A stretch of 64,000 nucleotides of DNA from Octopus vulgaris (GCA_951406725.2 OX597833.1:6820001-6884000), one strand, 5' to 3'. Shown: positions 13,153 through 27,005, counted from the first letter of the stretch. Numbers and translations: made by a program. The notes: generated by a model not told the origin, from the sequence alone.

Positions 13153-13562
13153 TAAATATTAATGGTCAGTGTTGGCAAAAGATCAGCTGAATTGCTTGTC
13201 TTTGGCCAGACTGAAGTTTGCACTGCCCCCTAGAGAATGCTATTAGTACTTGTCACTAATTTGGCAGCTACATAGGGAAAAGCTTACATAGCTCCTTGAC
13301 CTACGGTTGTTAGCGAAGGCAACAGAGCACCACTTAAGAGACGAAATTTTGAGCATTTCGGAGATTCTACAAGTTTTCAAAATCCAGCGATTTTTTTTTT
13401 TAAACGAAGTTATCACAAAGAAATTGTTGTTAGTACCGACAAGGAGACAATATCTCTGATCCTTTGATTTGTGACCGTATTTATTGTTTCAGAATAACAG
13501 AACTTCTTTATCAAACATAATCTAACATGTTCCTTTATATGGGACAGCTTTGTTTACGCTGT

Positions 13563-13658
<96 letters not shown>

Positions 13659-14294
13659 CCTATCTATCTATCTATCTATCTATCTTTCAACCTATCTATC
13701 TATCTATCTATCTACTTATCTATCCATCTATCTATCCATCTGTCTGTCTGTCTGACTGTCAGTCTGTCTATACATACACACAAACACACACGCAAAAACA
13801 CACAAACACACACACGTGTGTGTAAGTATTTACGCGTGCGCGCGCATTGGGATATACAAACAAAAGAATTATCCAATGCAAGTCGCAGAGTTTATTCATA
13901 AATTCCAGATTGAGGCTTCACCCTATTACTCCAGCGTTACCGTTTCTCTTGTGTTCTTTAAGATATCCGTGCACCCAAGCACACACACATACACACACAC
14001 ACTCATACACACACACTCATATACGCACACACACACACATACACATACAATCATATATATATATATACTGATGGAGGAGCGAGAAGTGGCTGGCAAAGAT
14101 AACATTAGTTGAGTGAGACTTGGGTATTGTGTAGTTGGGGAGGTGTATACACCGGCGTGGGTGGAGTTGTCTGAGTATGAAGGGGCTTAAGGTAGACAAG
14201 AGGATCTATGGGAAGGGCTGTTGCTGGGGGTTGTTATGAAAAGTGATAGGGTACCGTTAACATTGCGCTTCTCTCTATCTTTCTGATACATGTC

Positions 14295-14732
14295 CGTGTG
14301 TATGTATGTGTGTCCGTATTTATATATATATATGTATGTATGTATACATGTATGTATGTATGTATGTATGTATGCATGCATGCATGCATGTATGTATGCA
14401 TGTATGTATATATGTCTGTATGTCTGTCTGTCTGTCTGTAGGTATGTATGTATGTATGCATGCATGCATGTATGTATGCATGCATGTATGTATGTATGTA
14501 TATATGTATGTATGCATACATGTATGTATGTATGTATGTATGCATGCATGCATGCGTGTATGTATGTATGTATGTATGTATTATGCATGCATGTATGTAT
14601 GTATGTATGTATGTATGTATGTATGTATGTATGTGTGCATGCATGCATGTATGTATGTATGTATTATGCATGCATGCATGTATGTATGTATGTATGTATG
14701 TATGTATGTATGTATGTGTATGTATGTGTATG

Positions 14733-14763
<31 letters not shown>

Positions 14764-14905
14764 GTATGTATGTATGTATGTATGTATGTATGTATGTATG
14801 TATGTATGTATGTATGTATGTATGTATGTATGTATGTTTGTACGTATGTATGTATGTATGTATGTATGTATGTATGTATGTATGTATGTATGTATGTATG
14901 TATGT
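14295..14905. repeat. (TATG)n / (CATG)n compound microsatellite
   Basis: Direct reading of the sequence. Confidence 0.95.
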
Positions 14906-14920
14906 ATATACCGTATCATG

Positions 14921-15177
14921 AAAATTGTTCCAAAACAGTTATTCGAAATAAATATCCTTTGTGTATTTGATTTTTGATTTTATTACTTTTGTTTAAAATA
15001 AAACAAAAAAATTTAGACTAATTGACATTTTGCATAATTGTCCTTTTGAATTACTTTCATACATTCATTTATTGAATGAATGAAAATTATTCAAAAGGAC
15101 AATTATACAAAATGTTAATTATACTAATTTTTATATTTTATTTAAATGTTTTTCGAATAATTGTTTCCGAACAATTG
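14921..15177. repeat. ~260 bp imperfect AT-rich palindrome (foldback/MITE or inverted Penelope repeat)
   Basis: AATTGTTCCAAAACAGTTATTCGAAA pairs with TTTCGAATAATTGTTTCCGAACAATT, and inner TAATTGTCCTTTTGAAT pairs with ATTCAAAAGGACAATTA. Confidence 0.8.
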
Positions 15178-15215
15178 GTTTGTTTTTCTGGGATTGGTTA
15201 AGAAGAAATGTAGAC

Positions 15216-15256
15216 ATATCTGACGAGACCCCAGCTAGGGGCGAAACCGATCAAGA
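15216..15256 (+). ncRNA. Hammerhead-like core
   Basis: CUGACGA-G(A)CCCC(AGCUA)GGGGC-GAAA-CCGA-UC. The core is intact but stems I and III are weak. Confidence 0.45.
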
Positions 15257-15330
15257 CCGCTCGTTTTTATCAATATGCTGTGAAATTAACTATGGTGTGT
15301 TTGCATATCTACCACACAAATATATATATA

Positions 15331-15534
15331 TTCTTTTATTTGTTTCAGTTATTTGACTGCAGCCATGCTGGAGCACCGCCTTCAGTCAAACAAATAGACC
15401 CCAGAATTTATTCTTTGTAAGCCTAGTACTTATTCTGTCGTTCTCTTTTGCCGAACCGCTAGATTACGGGGACGTAAACAGACCAACATCATTTTTGAAG
15501 CGATGGTGGGGGGGATAAACACAGACACACAATA

Positions 15535-15630
<96 letters not shown>

Positions 15631-15783
15631 GACGGGCTTCTTTCAGTTTCCGTCTACCATATCCACTCACAAGGCTTTGGTCGGCCCGAGGCTATAGAAG
15701 AAGACACTTTCCCAAGGTGCCACACAGTGGGACTGAACCCAGAACCATGTGGCTGGGAAGCAAGCTACTTACCACACAGCCAC
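15331..15783 (-). mobile_element. SINE family B (tRNA head, CORE-like ACCTTGGG box, internal TA/TG microsatellite, LINE-like tail)
   Basis: Colinear with the copies at 30160, 31225 and 53174. Confidence 0.9.
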
Positions 15784-15819
15784 ATCTATATATGTTATAT
15801 TATATTATACTACATTACA

Positions 15820-16755
15820 TCGTATTACTGTTCATGGCTTTGGTCTCCCAACTCATCCGGTTTCACATTAGAAATTGAAGGGTTTCAAAGAACTTTCACC
15901 AGTAAAACAACTTCGGTTGAAAGCCTTAATTTCTGGGGACGTCTGAAAGCTCTGCGTCTCTACTTTCTTGAATTCCAAAGAGAGAATTATACTATCATAT
16001 TCGTATGGAAAATTCTGCAGAGTCATGTTCCAAACTTCAGCGTTAGAGAGGAATTTAATGCCTGAATTGGTAGATACTATCAGCTTCCAAATTGATCACC
16101 TTCGAAATTATAAGCAAAAATACTCTCATGTACCAATCTGATATCTAGTGGTCTTCAATTGTTCAACAAAAAGGACCTCTATTAAAGCATTGTGGAGGCG
16201 CAATGACCCAGTGGTTTAGGCAGCAGACTCGCGGTCTTGGGATCGCGGCTTCGATGCCCAGACTAGGCGTTGTGAATGTTTATTGAGCGAAAACACCTAA
16301 AGCTCCACGCGGCTCCACAGGGGCTGGTGGTGAACCCTGCTGTACTCTTACACGACAACTTTTTCTCACTCTTTCTTCCTTTTTCTGTTGTACCTGTATT
16401 TCAAAGAACCAGCTTTGTCACACATTGTGCCATGCTGAATCTCCCCGAGAACTATGTTAAGGGTACACGTGTATGTGGAGTGCTCAGCCACTTGCACGTT
16501 AATTTCCCGAGCAGGCTGTTCCTTTGATCAGATCAACTGGACCCTCGTCGTCGTAACTGACGGAGTGCCACAACGATATATATATATTTTTAAAAAAACA
16601 TTGGATAAACACCTAAAAACAGTGCCGTACCAGCCAACCATTCCAGGATACACTCAGAGATCTGTTGCTACAGACTTAATCATAGACCCACTTCCAGTCA
16701 CAAAGTGACAACAAAACTTAAGAACATAAAGGCGGTGCTCCAGCATGGCCGCTGC
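15820..16755 (+). mobile_element. CR1-group LINE 3' fragment interrupted by SINE family C
   Basis: YCSWLWSP..EGFQRTFT..FWGRLKALRLY..RENYTIIFVWKILQSHVPN precedes the SINE. IFKKTLDKHLKTVPYQPTIPGY and the tail GGCGGTGCTCCAGCATGGCCGC follow it. Confidence 0.8.
16191..16574 (+). mobile_element. SINE family C (tRNA-derived)
   Basis: Head GGAGGCGCAATGACCCAGTGG and tail CCTCGTCGTCGTAACTGACGGAGTGCC. Colinear with 62581-62967. Confidence 0.9.
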
Positions 16756-17191
16756 CTCCTAAAAGTACATAGAACTCTACAGAGTTCTATGTACTACTTT
16801 AGTTTTTTTTTTGTTTTTTGGGGGGGCGTTTTCTACGCTGTCTCCTTTTTCACATTGAACTCGATGTCGATACATCAACCAACTTAATATTTCATGGGAG
16901 TCTGATAAATGTAAGCATTTGCTGAATTCAGAAGGCAAACGGCCACCAATATATTGCGTGACACCTTGTCTGACAGCCGAATAATTGCACCAATCTGCTG
17001 GTCAGGATTGGTACTTTAATTATCAACCTAGGAAGTACAAAAGATGAAGCTGACCTCGGTAGGATTTGAACTCGGAGACGAGACAAATACCTGAAACCAT
17101 TCTTTCTGGCACTTGGATCAGCTTACCAACTGATACGCACATGGAGAGAAAGATAGATAGATAGATAGATAGATAAACGTCTGTGTGTGTG

Positions 17192-17283
<92 letters not shown>

Positions 17284-17390
17284 CAATTTCCAGTGATGTT
17301 GGCATCGAAGTGAAGACGTGTGATATCAGAGAGAAATGTGAAGATTCTGTTGTGTCGAGATGTGAATTTGATTTGGTAGGTAGACAACTG

Positions 17391-17458
<68 letters not shown>

Positions 17459-17493
17459 AACTGCTGCTGCTGCTGTTGTTACCACTACTGCTA

Positions 17494-17527
<34 letters not shown>

Positions 17528-17778
17528 AGGGTGGCGGAGGGAGGGATGTGTTGTTATGTATGAATGGAGGTCAGACACTAGGGGGAGACAGCTACTCATC
17601 CACCGCCGCCGTCACCAGCGCCACCACGAAAACAACAAGTACTACTACTACTACTAACACTATTATTACTCTTACTACTATTACTGGTATACAACCTTCA
17701 TATTACCCTCACCCTCTCTCTCTCTCACCCTCTCTCTCTCTTACCGTCTCTATCTCTCTCTCTCACCCTCTCTCTCTC

Positions 17779-17857
<79 letters not shown>

Positions 17858-17932
17858 CATTCAGTGTGTGTCTGTTTTGATTCACACTCTCTTTGCCCCT
17901 CTTCTTCTTGTCATACGTGTGTGTGTGTGTCT

Positions 17933-17997
<65 letters not shown>

Positions 17998-18523
17998 GAG
18001 TTTTGTCTTTGTTAGACGTAGTCATACCTAAAGTATTATACTTTTACTTCTCTCTCTCTCTCTCTATCTCTCTCTCTCACACACACACAAGCACACACAC
18101 ACTCAGTCGCCCTCTGTGTATGTAAATATACATACACGCACGCGCGCACGCACACACACTCACTTGTATCTCACTTGTACGTATATATGCACATATATAT
18201 ATATATATACATACTTACAAAGTATATGCTGTGTATTATATAATGTATATTTTGTACACACACACAGAAACTCGAACACACACGCACACACACACGCATA
18301 CACACACACACATACACGCACACACACACACACACACACTCATGCACACACACACATACACACGGAGGCTGAGTGAGGATAACATATTTTTTTATATACA
18401 AAGAAAATTTATTACAGTACTCGCACTTTCTTTACGTATATAAATATATAAACATATATATATTTATATGTATGTATATGTGCGTGTGTGTGTGTTTGTG
18501 TGTGTGTGTGATATAGCTAGATG

Positions 18524-18618
<95 letters not shown>

Positions 18619-18658
18619 TAATATAATATATATGTATGTATATATATGTGTGTGTGTG

Positions 18659-18727
<69 letters not shown>

Positions 18728-18768
18728 GGTGGATTTGGTAGACGGAAACTGAAAGAAGCCTGTCTTAT

Positions 18769-18851
<83 letters not shown>

Positions 18852-18853
<2 letters not shown>

Positions 18854-19501
18854 GGGTGGGTGGGTGAAAAGTAAGTAGGTATTAAAAATTGGTGCTAAAA
18901 TCCATATTCCTTATTGAAATAAATGATACATGTTCTCAAAATGAAATTAAATCTTCATATTTCAACATAAGCACCACTGGCATCAACCAGGTTCCTCAAA
19001 CGGCCAGAGATAGAATGAAGAACCTTCTGAAGGACATCATCTGGGACATCATTGAGAACCTCCTGAATCTGTGTATCCAAGTCTTCCAATTTGCGATGTT
19101 TTGTCTTGTGTAAACCCACAGGTAAAACATTACATGAACTGAGATCTGGACTCTTGGAGTTCTCGACTTCTTGACTTCTGCGATCACAGTCTTCAGGTTT
19201 CAGCTCCTGTACGTAATGGAGTTTCCACGGGCGAAAATTCAATTCTTCATGCAACACCGTACGTATTGTGTGTCTTAGTCCACTTTCACGAGCTGCTTGA
19301 CCTGTTGATTTTTGTGGGCTGCGATTAAACATTTCCTACATTGTTGCCACGTCCTCCGCTGATTGGGATGTAGTAGGACGGCCACTTCTTGCATCATTCA
19401 CAGCTTTGCAGGACAATTTAATTTGCAAAACAATTTAATTCCACAATTCATACCGTGCAGCTAAGCAATTTCTAATGCCTAGTTGCTTTCCACCCACTCC
19501 G
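18852..19501 (-). mobile_element. Internally deleted Tc1/mariner-superfamily element (DD37D/DD41D-like)
   Basis: Degenerate TIRs (GAGGGTGGG..AAAAGTAAGTAGGTATTAAAAATTG versus the reverse complement CGGAGTGGGTGGAAAGCAACTAGGCATTAGAAATTG). The ORF joins RSPQKSTGQAARESGL..RPWKLHYVQELKPEDCDRR to KSPDLSSC/FYLW..RLRNLVDASGAYVE. Confidence 0.78.
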
Positions 19502-19674
19502 TATATACGAGGGACGTTCAATAAGTAATGCCTCTGACTCACTTGCAGTTGTTTGATCTAGCTGAAATTTTTCATGTGCAGTTATTTATATCTCTATAGA
19601 GTAAGTGGCAAATTACAGCTCTGAATTAATTGTGGTTTCTGATTTACAGGTGTTTGAACCGACTCAAGTGTGAA

Positions 19675-20956
19675 ATGGAGCCTGTTAACTGTCGAGCAGT
19701 GATCCGGTTTTTGTATTTGAAAGGACGCACACCACGGGAGACTTTTGATGAAATGAAAGTAACTTATGGTGATGATACCCCATCATATGACCTTGTAAAA
19801 CGCTGGCATCGTGAATTCAAACATGGTCGGAACTCTGTGGAAACAGCTCCCAGATCTGGTCGCCCCTTCTGCCATTGATGAGGCATCTGTCCGTCAAGTT
19901 GAGGCTGCCATTTTGGAAGATCGACGCATAATTATTCGCCAAATAGCCCATGAGGTCAAGATTAGTACCGGGTCTGTGGAAACTATCATTCATGACCATT
20001 TGCATATGCAAAAGGTGTCTGCCAGATGGATTCCCAGGTTGCTCACGCCTTTCCAGAAGCAAGAACGCGTCGAGTGCTCGAGGGTGAATTTGGAGATGTG
20101 CCAAGAAGATGAGTCAAAATTTTTCAAAAGACTGATTAAACAGGATGAAACCTGGATCCATCACGATGATCCCAGAGACCAAAGCCCAGTCAATGCAGTG
20201 GAAGCACCGTGACTCACCCCCTCCAAAGAAGGCAAGGGTGCAGCCCTCCTCTGGCAAAGTCATGCTCACAGTCTTCTGGGACCAGGACATGTAGTGATGA
20301 CAGATTTCCTGGCAAAGGGTACCTATTTCTTTATTACCCACAAGGGGCTAAACACAGAGGGGACAAACAAGGACAGACATAGGTATTAAGTCGATTACAT
20401 CGACCCCAGTGCGTAACTGGTACTTAATTTATCAACCCCGAAAGGATGAAAGGCAAAGTCGACTCACAACGTAACGGCAGACGAAATACCGCTAAGCATT
20501 TCGCCCGGCGTGCTAACGTTTCTGCCAGCTCGCCGCCTTCCTGGCAAAGGGTACCACAATTGCAGGAGCCTATTATGCTTCACTTTTGAGGAAATTAAGA
20601 GAAGTTATCAAAATCAAGAGGCGGGGCAAGATCAGCAAAGGCATCCTCCTCCTGCAGGACAACGCTCCGATCCACAACTCGCTTGTCGCCAGATCAGAAA
20701 CACAGGCGTATGGCTATGAACTCCTCCCCCATCCCCCTACTTTCCTGACCTTGCACCCTCTGATTTTCACCTCTTCCCAGTCATGAAGTTGTTTTTGAAA
20801 GGAAAGCGTTTCCCAGATGATGCAGCCTTGATTTCTGAAGTCACGTTCAGGTTGGAGGACCAAGCTGGGGTCTTCTACAAAAACGGTCTCCAGAGCTGCA
20901 TCAAACAATGGGAGAAATGCGTAACTCTGGGTGGTTCCTATGTAGAAAAAGACTAA
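19675..20956 (+). pseudogene. Mariner transposase, frameshifted and SINE-disrupted
   Basis: MEPVNCRAVIRFL..PRSGRP, ARWIPRLLT, QDETWIHH, GKVMLTVFWD, QDNAPIH, PDLAPSDFHLF and EKCVTLGGSYVEKD*. There are 34 residues between the 2nd and 3rd Asp once a 1-bp frameshift is restored. Confidence 0.93.
20324..20537 (-). mobile_element. SINE family A inserted in the mariner, with an 18-bp TSD
   Basis: TSD TTCCTGGCAAAGGGTACC at 20306-20323 and 20538-20555. The head is GGCGGCGAGCTGGCAGAAACGTTAG, and the B box is deleted. Confidence 0.95.
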
Positions 20957-21028
20957 TAACTGTGCCAAGTTTCGTTGCTCTACTGCTATGGGAAGTGGGT
21001 CAGGGGCATTATTTATTGAACGCCCCTC

Positions 21029-21090
<62 letters not shown>

Positions 21091-21164
21091 TACAAGTTGA
21101 TATAAGACAATCTGAAAACAATAGAAACTTTTAAACGTTTACCGGTCTTTTATGAAATTTGGGG

Positions 21165-21307
21165 GTTAACGGACTTGAGTTAACGAAAGCTAAATGTAGC
21201 GGAAGTTAATTAGTCCGTTAATAATTTTCTAAGTTAACTTAAAAGTTAAGCCGTTAACGAAAATGTTATTTTTGTTAATTAATGATTAACGGACTTACGC
21301 CCAGCTC

Positions 21308-21309
<2 letters not shown>
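21165..21309. mobile_element. Possible hAT-type terminus with subterminal (G)TTAAC repeats
   Basis: Ends GCCCAGCTCTG (reverse complement CAGAGCTGGGC) after many TTAAC(G) motifs. No partner end was found. Confidence 0.4.
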
Positions 21310-21380
<71 letters not shown>

Positions 21381-21506
21381 TAAAGAAATGTAGAGTAACA
21401 GGTTTTGTTGAGTTTTCTGCTGCTTTTAAATAAAGCATATTACTCTACCACTGGTATTTGAGTACTCTTTTTTCCACCTTGTTTCACATTTATGTGTTTA
21501 CTCCGG

Positions 21507-21654
<148 letters not shown>

Positions 21655-22229
21655 CGTATGCATGTATGTATGTATGTATGTATAATCTTACGCGTTCATG
21701 TATAGAATGTACACTCAGAGCAATACTTTGGGTTTTTTTATGAGAAATGTGTATGAATTCGCCAATTTTCTCTATATAAGGTATATTTATGTTATCTATG
21801 GTCAGATAAATATGCACGTGCCACGACTATAAGAACATGATGCATCCATGTATACACATGTGGATGTCTGTATGTGAGTTTTTATACATGCACACACACA
21901 CATATATATAAAAATGTATATATACATATATAAAAATATATATGCATATAAGAAAATGGATACCTTGTATGTTGAGAGGTGCATGTGTGTGTGTGCGCGC
22001 GTACGCATGTGTGTGTTTATGTGTGTGTGTATACGTGCGTATGTGTGCGTGTATGTATGTGTGTGTATGTATGTGTATACATGCGTATGTGTGTGTGTGT
22101 GTGTGTGTAGCAATATGGAGGGTGCCACAACATCCACCCCTTCATTATTAAATACCCTAACAACTTACTCTTGACATGGAACATGTTTAGACATCATCAG
22201 CATCGGCTGCGGTGATGGTGGAGGCTGAA

Positions 22230-23020
22230 GTGGAGGTGGTGGTAGTGGTGGTGGTGGTGGTGGTGGTGGTGGTGGTGGTGGTGGTGGTGGTGGTGGTGGT
22301 GGTGGTGGTGGTGGCGGCGGCGGCGGTGGTGGTTTTGGTTGCGATGATGGCGGTGATATTTCTACTCCTAGACGTGTCTGTAATGGCGATGCTGAGGATG
22401 GTGCTAGAATTGGTAGTGGTGGTGGTGGTGGTGGTGGTGGTGGTGGTGGTAGGTGGTGTGGTCGAGGTCGTGGTGGTAGTAGTAGTAGTGGTGGTGGTGG
22501 TGGTAGCAATAGTAGTGGTGGTGGTGGTGGTGGTAGCAATAGTAGTGGTGGTGGTGGTGGTGGTGGTGGTGGTGGTAGTTGTGGTCGAGGTCGTGGTGGT
22601 AGTAGTAGTAGTGGTGGTGGTGGAGGTAGCAGTAGTAGTGGTGGTGGTGGTAGTAGTAGTGGTGGTGGTGGTGGTGGTGGTGGTAGAAGTAGTAGTGGTG
22701 GTGGTGGTGGTGGTGGTGGTGGTAGTGGTGGTGGTGGTAGTAGTAGTAGTGGTGGTGGTGGTGGTGGTGGTGGTGATTGTGGTGGTGGTGGTGGTGGCGG
22801 TGGTGGTGGTGGTGGAGGAGATGGTGGTGGTGGTGGCGGTGATGGTGGTAGTGGTGGTGGTGGTGGCGGTGATGGTGGTAGTGGTGGTGGTGGTGGTGGC
22901 GGTGATGGTGGTGGTGGTGGCGGTGATGATAGTAGTAGTAGTAGTAGTAGTAATAGTAATAGTAGTAATAGTAGTAATAGTAATAGTAGTAGTAGTGGTG
23001 GTGGTGGTGGTGGTGGTGGT
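22230..23020. repeat. (GGT/AGT)n compound microsatellite
   Basis: Direct reading of the sequence. Confidence 0.95.
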
Positions 23021-23265
23021 GCTATTCCGTGACCATTAGTTCCTATTGTTGCTGTTGTTCTCGTTCTTGTTGTTGCAACAGCAGTTGTTACTCTTTATGA
23101 CTGATCTTCTTGTCATTATTGCTGTTGTTGTTGATGGCGGCGGCCATGTTTCTACACTTGTTGTTGTTCTTCTTCTTCACTGATGTTGTTGTTGTTCCTA
23201 CTGTTGTCATTTACAGCTACTGCTCTTCTTCTTCTTCTTGTTCTCTTCACTTGCAGTCGTTTCTG

Positions 23266-23300
<35 letters not shown>

Positions 23301-23717
23301 TTATTGCTTCTGCTCTGGTTGATGTTGTTCTTGCTGTTGTTTTCTTTTTGTTGCACTTGCACTTTATGCAGTTGTTGCTGTTGTTATTGCTGCTGTTGTT
23401 GCTTTTGTGGTATTCTTCTTCTTCTTCTTCTTCTTCTTGTTCCTACACTTTCACACTTGACACTGAAATATTTTATTCCTAATAAGGCAAACCAAACGAC
23501 AGACAACAGCAACAACAACGACAACTACTACTACTACTACTTCTCTATTTTCTCCTCTACCCGGTTGTGCCACCCTTCTCCAACCCCTTACACCCTCCCC
23601 ACACACACACACACACTCTTCAACACCTCCTCCAACCCCTAACTTCCCCTCCCATTTGCTGCGCTTCCACAGTTCTAGCGACTCCAGGTTGGTGCTAAGT
23701 AAAAACACATGCTTCTC

Positions 23718-23782
23718 TGATGACGACGACGACGACGACGACGACGATGATGATGATGATGATGACGAGGATGACGATGACG

Positions 23783-23818
<36 letters not shown>

Positions 23819-23831
23819 ATGGTGATGATTA

Positions 23832-23862
<31 letters not shown>

Positions 23863-23895
23863 GGTGATGATGATGATGATGAGGACGATGATGGC

Positions 23896-23949
<54 letters not shown>

Positions 23950-24190
23950 TATGATAGTGATGGCGCCGGTTATAGCGGTGTAGAGGATGGCGATGATGGT
24001 GGTGGTGGTGGTGGTGGCAGTGGTACTAATGACGTTAATATTCATCATCATGATAATGATGATAGCAATAATGACGATGATGAAAACGACGACTAGGATG
24101 ACGACGATGACGACGATGATGAGGAGGAGGAGGAAGAGGAGGATGAAGAGGAGGCGGAGGGGGGTAGAAGATGATGATTGTGACGATGCT
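23718..24190. repeat. (GAT/GAC)n microsatellite
   Basis: Direct reading; source of the poly-D and poly-M ORFs. Confidence 0.95.
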
Positions 24191-24441
24191 GGCGATGATG
24201 AGGCATCTACGCAATGCCAATCTGTTTAATCTGGTCTTCATTCTTCTCGTCTGTTATCCAACATCTGTGAATTAATGCATCACACTGGATTCTCAAAAAA
24301 GTGTTCTGAAAAACCAGTCTGGGCGAAACTTTGTGGTAAACATTAAGCATACTTCATCAAATACTCTCTCAACATTGCGACGAGTACTGCAATCTTTATT
24401 TGTTGCATATTTGGTTGGAATAAGCAAACTTATCTATACAT

Positions 24442-24493
<52 letters not shown>

Positions 24494-24635
24494 TAGTATC
24501 TAGCATAAGTAACAGAGCGACTCAAAATCCGAGAGTTTCGTGCGTTGGTAATTACTAATTTTCTTTGTCTTCTTCTTACCATATGTATGTATATCAATGT
24601 ATATATATACGTATATACACATAACAATATGTATA

Positions 24636-24865
24636 ACAAAACAGGGAAGTCGAAATTATTTGGTATCATTTATTCTCCGTTACACACGTTTCATTGGCTA
24701 TCATGAGTTACAAATATTATATGTTATATAGGCATGCAAGGAATTTCCCATTAGAAACTTCTTACTTATCAATCGAACATATGAATCTTTGTAACTCCTA
24801 TTAGCGAATGAAACACGTGTAACGGAGAATAAATAATACCAAAAATTTCGAGTTGCTTGTTTTGT
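24636..24865. mobile_element. MITE with ~65 bp TIRs and TA TSD
   Basis: ACAAAACAGGGAAGTCGAAATTATTTGGTATCATTTATTCTCCGTTACAC matches the reverse complement ACAAAACAAGCAACTCGAAATTTTTGGTATTATTTATTCTCCGTTACAC. TA flanks both ends. Confidence 0.75.
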
Positions 24866-25588
24866 TAAACAAAAACTCGGCAAATAATATTTCCATAATT
24901 TTCAGTTTTAATATTTATTTTGACTAACATACATCAACAGCAATGGATACATATTGATTGCAATAATAGACTAAACACGTGTGTGCACAGAGGAAACAGC
25001 TGAGATATACCTTAACTACCTATATCGTGAGTGTGTGTGTGTGTATACAAATATATATATATGTGCGTGTGTGTGTGTGTGTATACATATACATATATAT
25101 ATACATATATATATACATATTTATATATATATAAATATGTGTATATATATATATATGTATATATATGTGTGTGTATCTATATACATGCATATATATATAT
25201 ACATATATATATATATGCATATATATGCATATATATATATGTATGTATATATGTATGTATATAGACACACACACATATATATGTACATACATATACATAT
25301 ATATATATAGCCATACATATATATGCATATATGTATACATATATATATATATATATATATATAGACAGACATATACATTCGCGTCTAATGTATATATATA
25401 TATATGTGTGTGTGTGTATATATATATATATGTATGTATTATGTATGTATATGTATATATGTGTGTATCTATGCATCTATGTACATGTATAGCTATTCAT
25501 ATATATATATACATATATACATATATAGATTTTCATATATATATATGAAAATCTATACATGTATATATATATATATGTATATATAAAC

Positions 25589-25659
<71 letters not shown>

Positions 25660-26122
25660 CATGTATCCACCCACGTCTAAAAACTGATTCATCGTGTACC
25701 TGTCAATTAACGTAAGCTGCATTTCATCTCAATCTTGCTTTGGTTCACCTGTGAGGCCTGGCAGCCTGTTAAGCATCAACAACTTAAATAGGTGGCGCTA
25801 TCAGTTAACAACCACCACTACCAACAACAACAACAAAAAAAAAAGAAACTACAGCGAAAATAAAGCACCGATAACGTACAGTCATTCCGTTCCCATGATG
25901 CATCGGAAGGAACAGGTGTGGCATTTTGATAAGTGCTGATAGCATTACCGGTGTCTAAAGGCTGCATTTACAGGTGGATAATCCAACTTCCTGTAACTGA
26001 CATCCGGAATTCCTCTAAGAATGACGACCAAGATGTTCCTAAGTTGCAGAACCTAAAGGCTATAGATAGAAATGATCTTTCGGCTTTAGCTTTACTTTTC
26101 CTTGTTAACTTTGATAAATAAT

Positions 26123-26391
26123 CTGCTGTGTCTGGGGAGAGTAATTTTCTTTTAGTGCCTTATAATTTAAAAAACACTCACCGGTAAAATTTCCACTTGT
26201 TTCTTATTTTTATTTCCTAAAATTTTCGTTGCGTCTTGCAACCTTTTCAATAGTCTTGACTCTCTATTGAAAAGGTTGCAAGAAGCAACGAAAATTTTAG
26301 AAAAATAAAAAAGAGATAAGTGAAAATTCTACCGCTGAGTGTATTAAATTATAAGGCACTAAAAGAAAATTACTCTCCCCAGACACAACAG
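26123..26391. repeat. ~270 bp palindrome (inverted Penelope-type terminal repeats), each arm with a hammerhead-like motif
   Basis: TGTGTCTGGGGAGAGTAATTTTCTTTTAGTGCCTTATAATTTAA pairs with TTAAATTATAAGGCACTAAAAGAAAATTACTCTCCCCAGACACA. The downstream flank 26400-26452 matches 8506-8560. Confidence 0.88.
26263..26301 (+). ncRNA. Hammerhead-like motif with U3-A8 variant core
   Basis: UCUA-UUGAAAA-G-GUUGC(AAGAA)GCAAC-GAAA-AU-UU-UAGA. A mirror copy lies on the minus strand at 26217-26253. Confidence 0.5.
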
Positions 26392-26793
26392 AATATGCTT
26401 CAATACACGAACTCACATAAAGAATCTTGCAAACCAAATCCAAAAACGAAATACTTGGTAAATAACTATCCATGTCTAAATATGTTGCCACCATAGAAAC
26501 GGCCGTTGCTAATATATGGTGCAATCGTCAATTAAAGATGTGGTTTTCTCCATTTCTGGTCGTGTTGTGAATTACTACTCCAAATTTCTTGAAGTTCATC
26601 TGAGCGATATTTGGATCTACCTGTCATACAGGTGGAATTACCTTGGATGGTAATTCTACTTGAACTTATTGGCATCTGATTGCTTGATATAATTAACGAA
26701 GTTCGCTTAACGCTGGGTGTTTTATAAGATATCGACCCGGAGTTATAAATCCTTTTCACGTCTTCTTTCACATACATGCATACATACATTTAA

Positions 26794-26831
<38 letters not shown>

Positions 26832-26834
26832 CAT

Positions 26835-27005
26835 GATGTAATGAGTTCGATTCCCGGGTCAGACTCTGTGCTGTATTCTTGAGCAAGGCACTTTATTTCA
26901 CGTTGCTCCAGTTCACTCAGCTGTAGATCTGAGTTGCGACGTCGCTAGTGCCAAGCTGTATCGGCCCCTTTGCCTTTCCATTGGATAACATCAGTGACAT
27001 GAAGA
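26835..27005 (+). mobile_element. Partial tRNA-derived SINE (family E)
   Basis: GAGTTCGATTCCCGG..TTGAGCAAGGCACTTTATTTCACGTTGCTCCAGTTCACTCAGCTGTAG; matches 36471-36796. Confidence 0.8.

Larger units (their letters stand above)
19508..21029 (+). mobile_element. Full-length mariner (D,D34D) DNA transposon, inactive
   Basis: TIRs are CGAGGGACGTTCAATAAGTAATGCCTCTGAC and (reverse complement) CGAGGGGCGTTCAATAAATAATGCCCCTGAC, with TA on both sides. Confidence 0.95.

Noticed and set aside
16191-16265. tRNA genes at SINE heads (also 12955, 30160, 62581)
   Set aside because: A/B boxes are present, but each continues into a SINE body and lacks a full cloverleaf.
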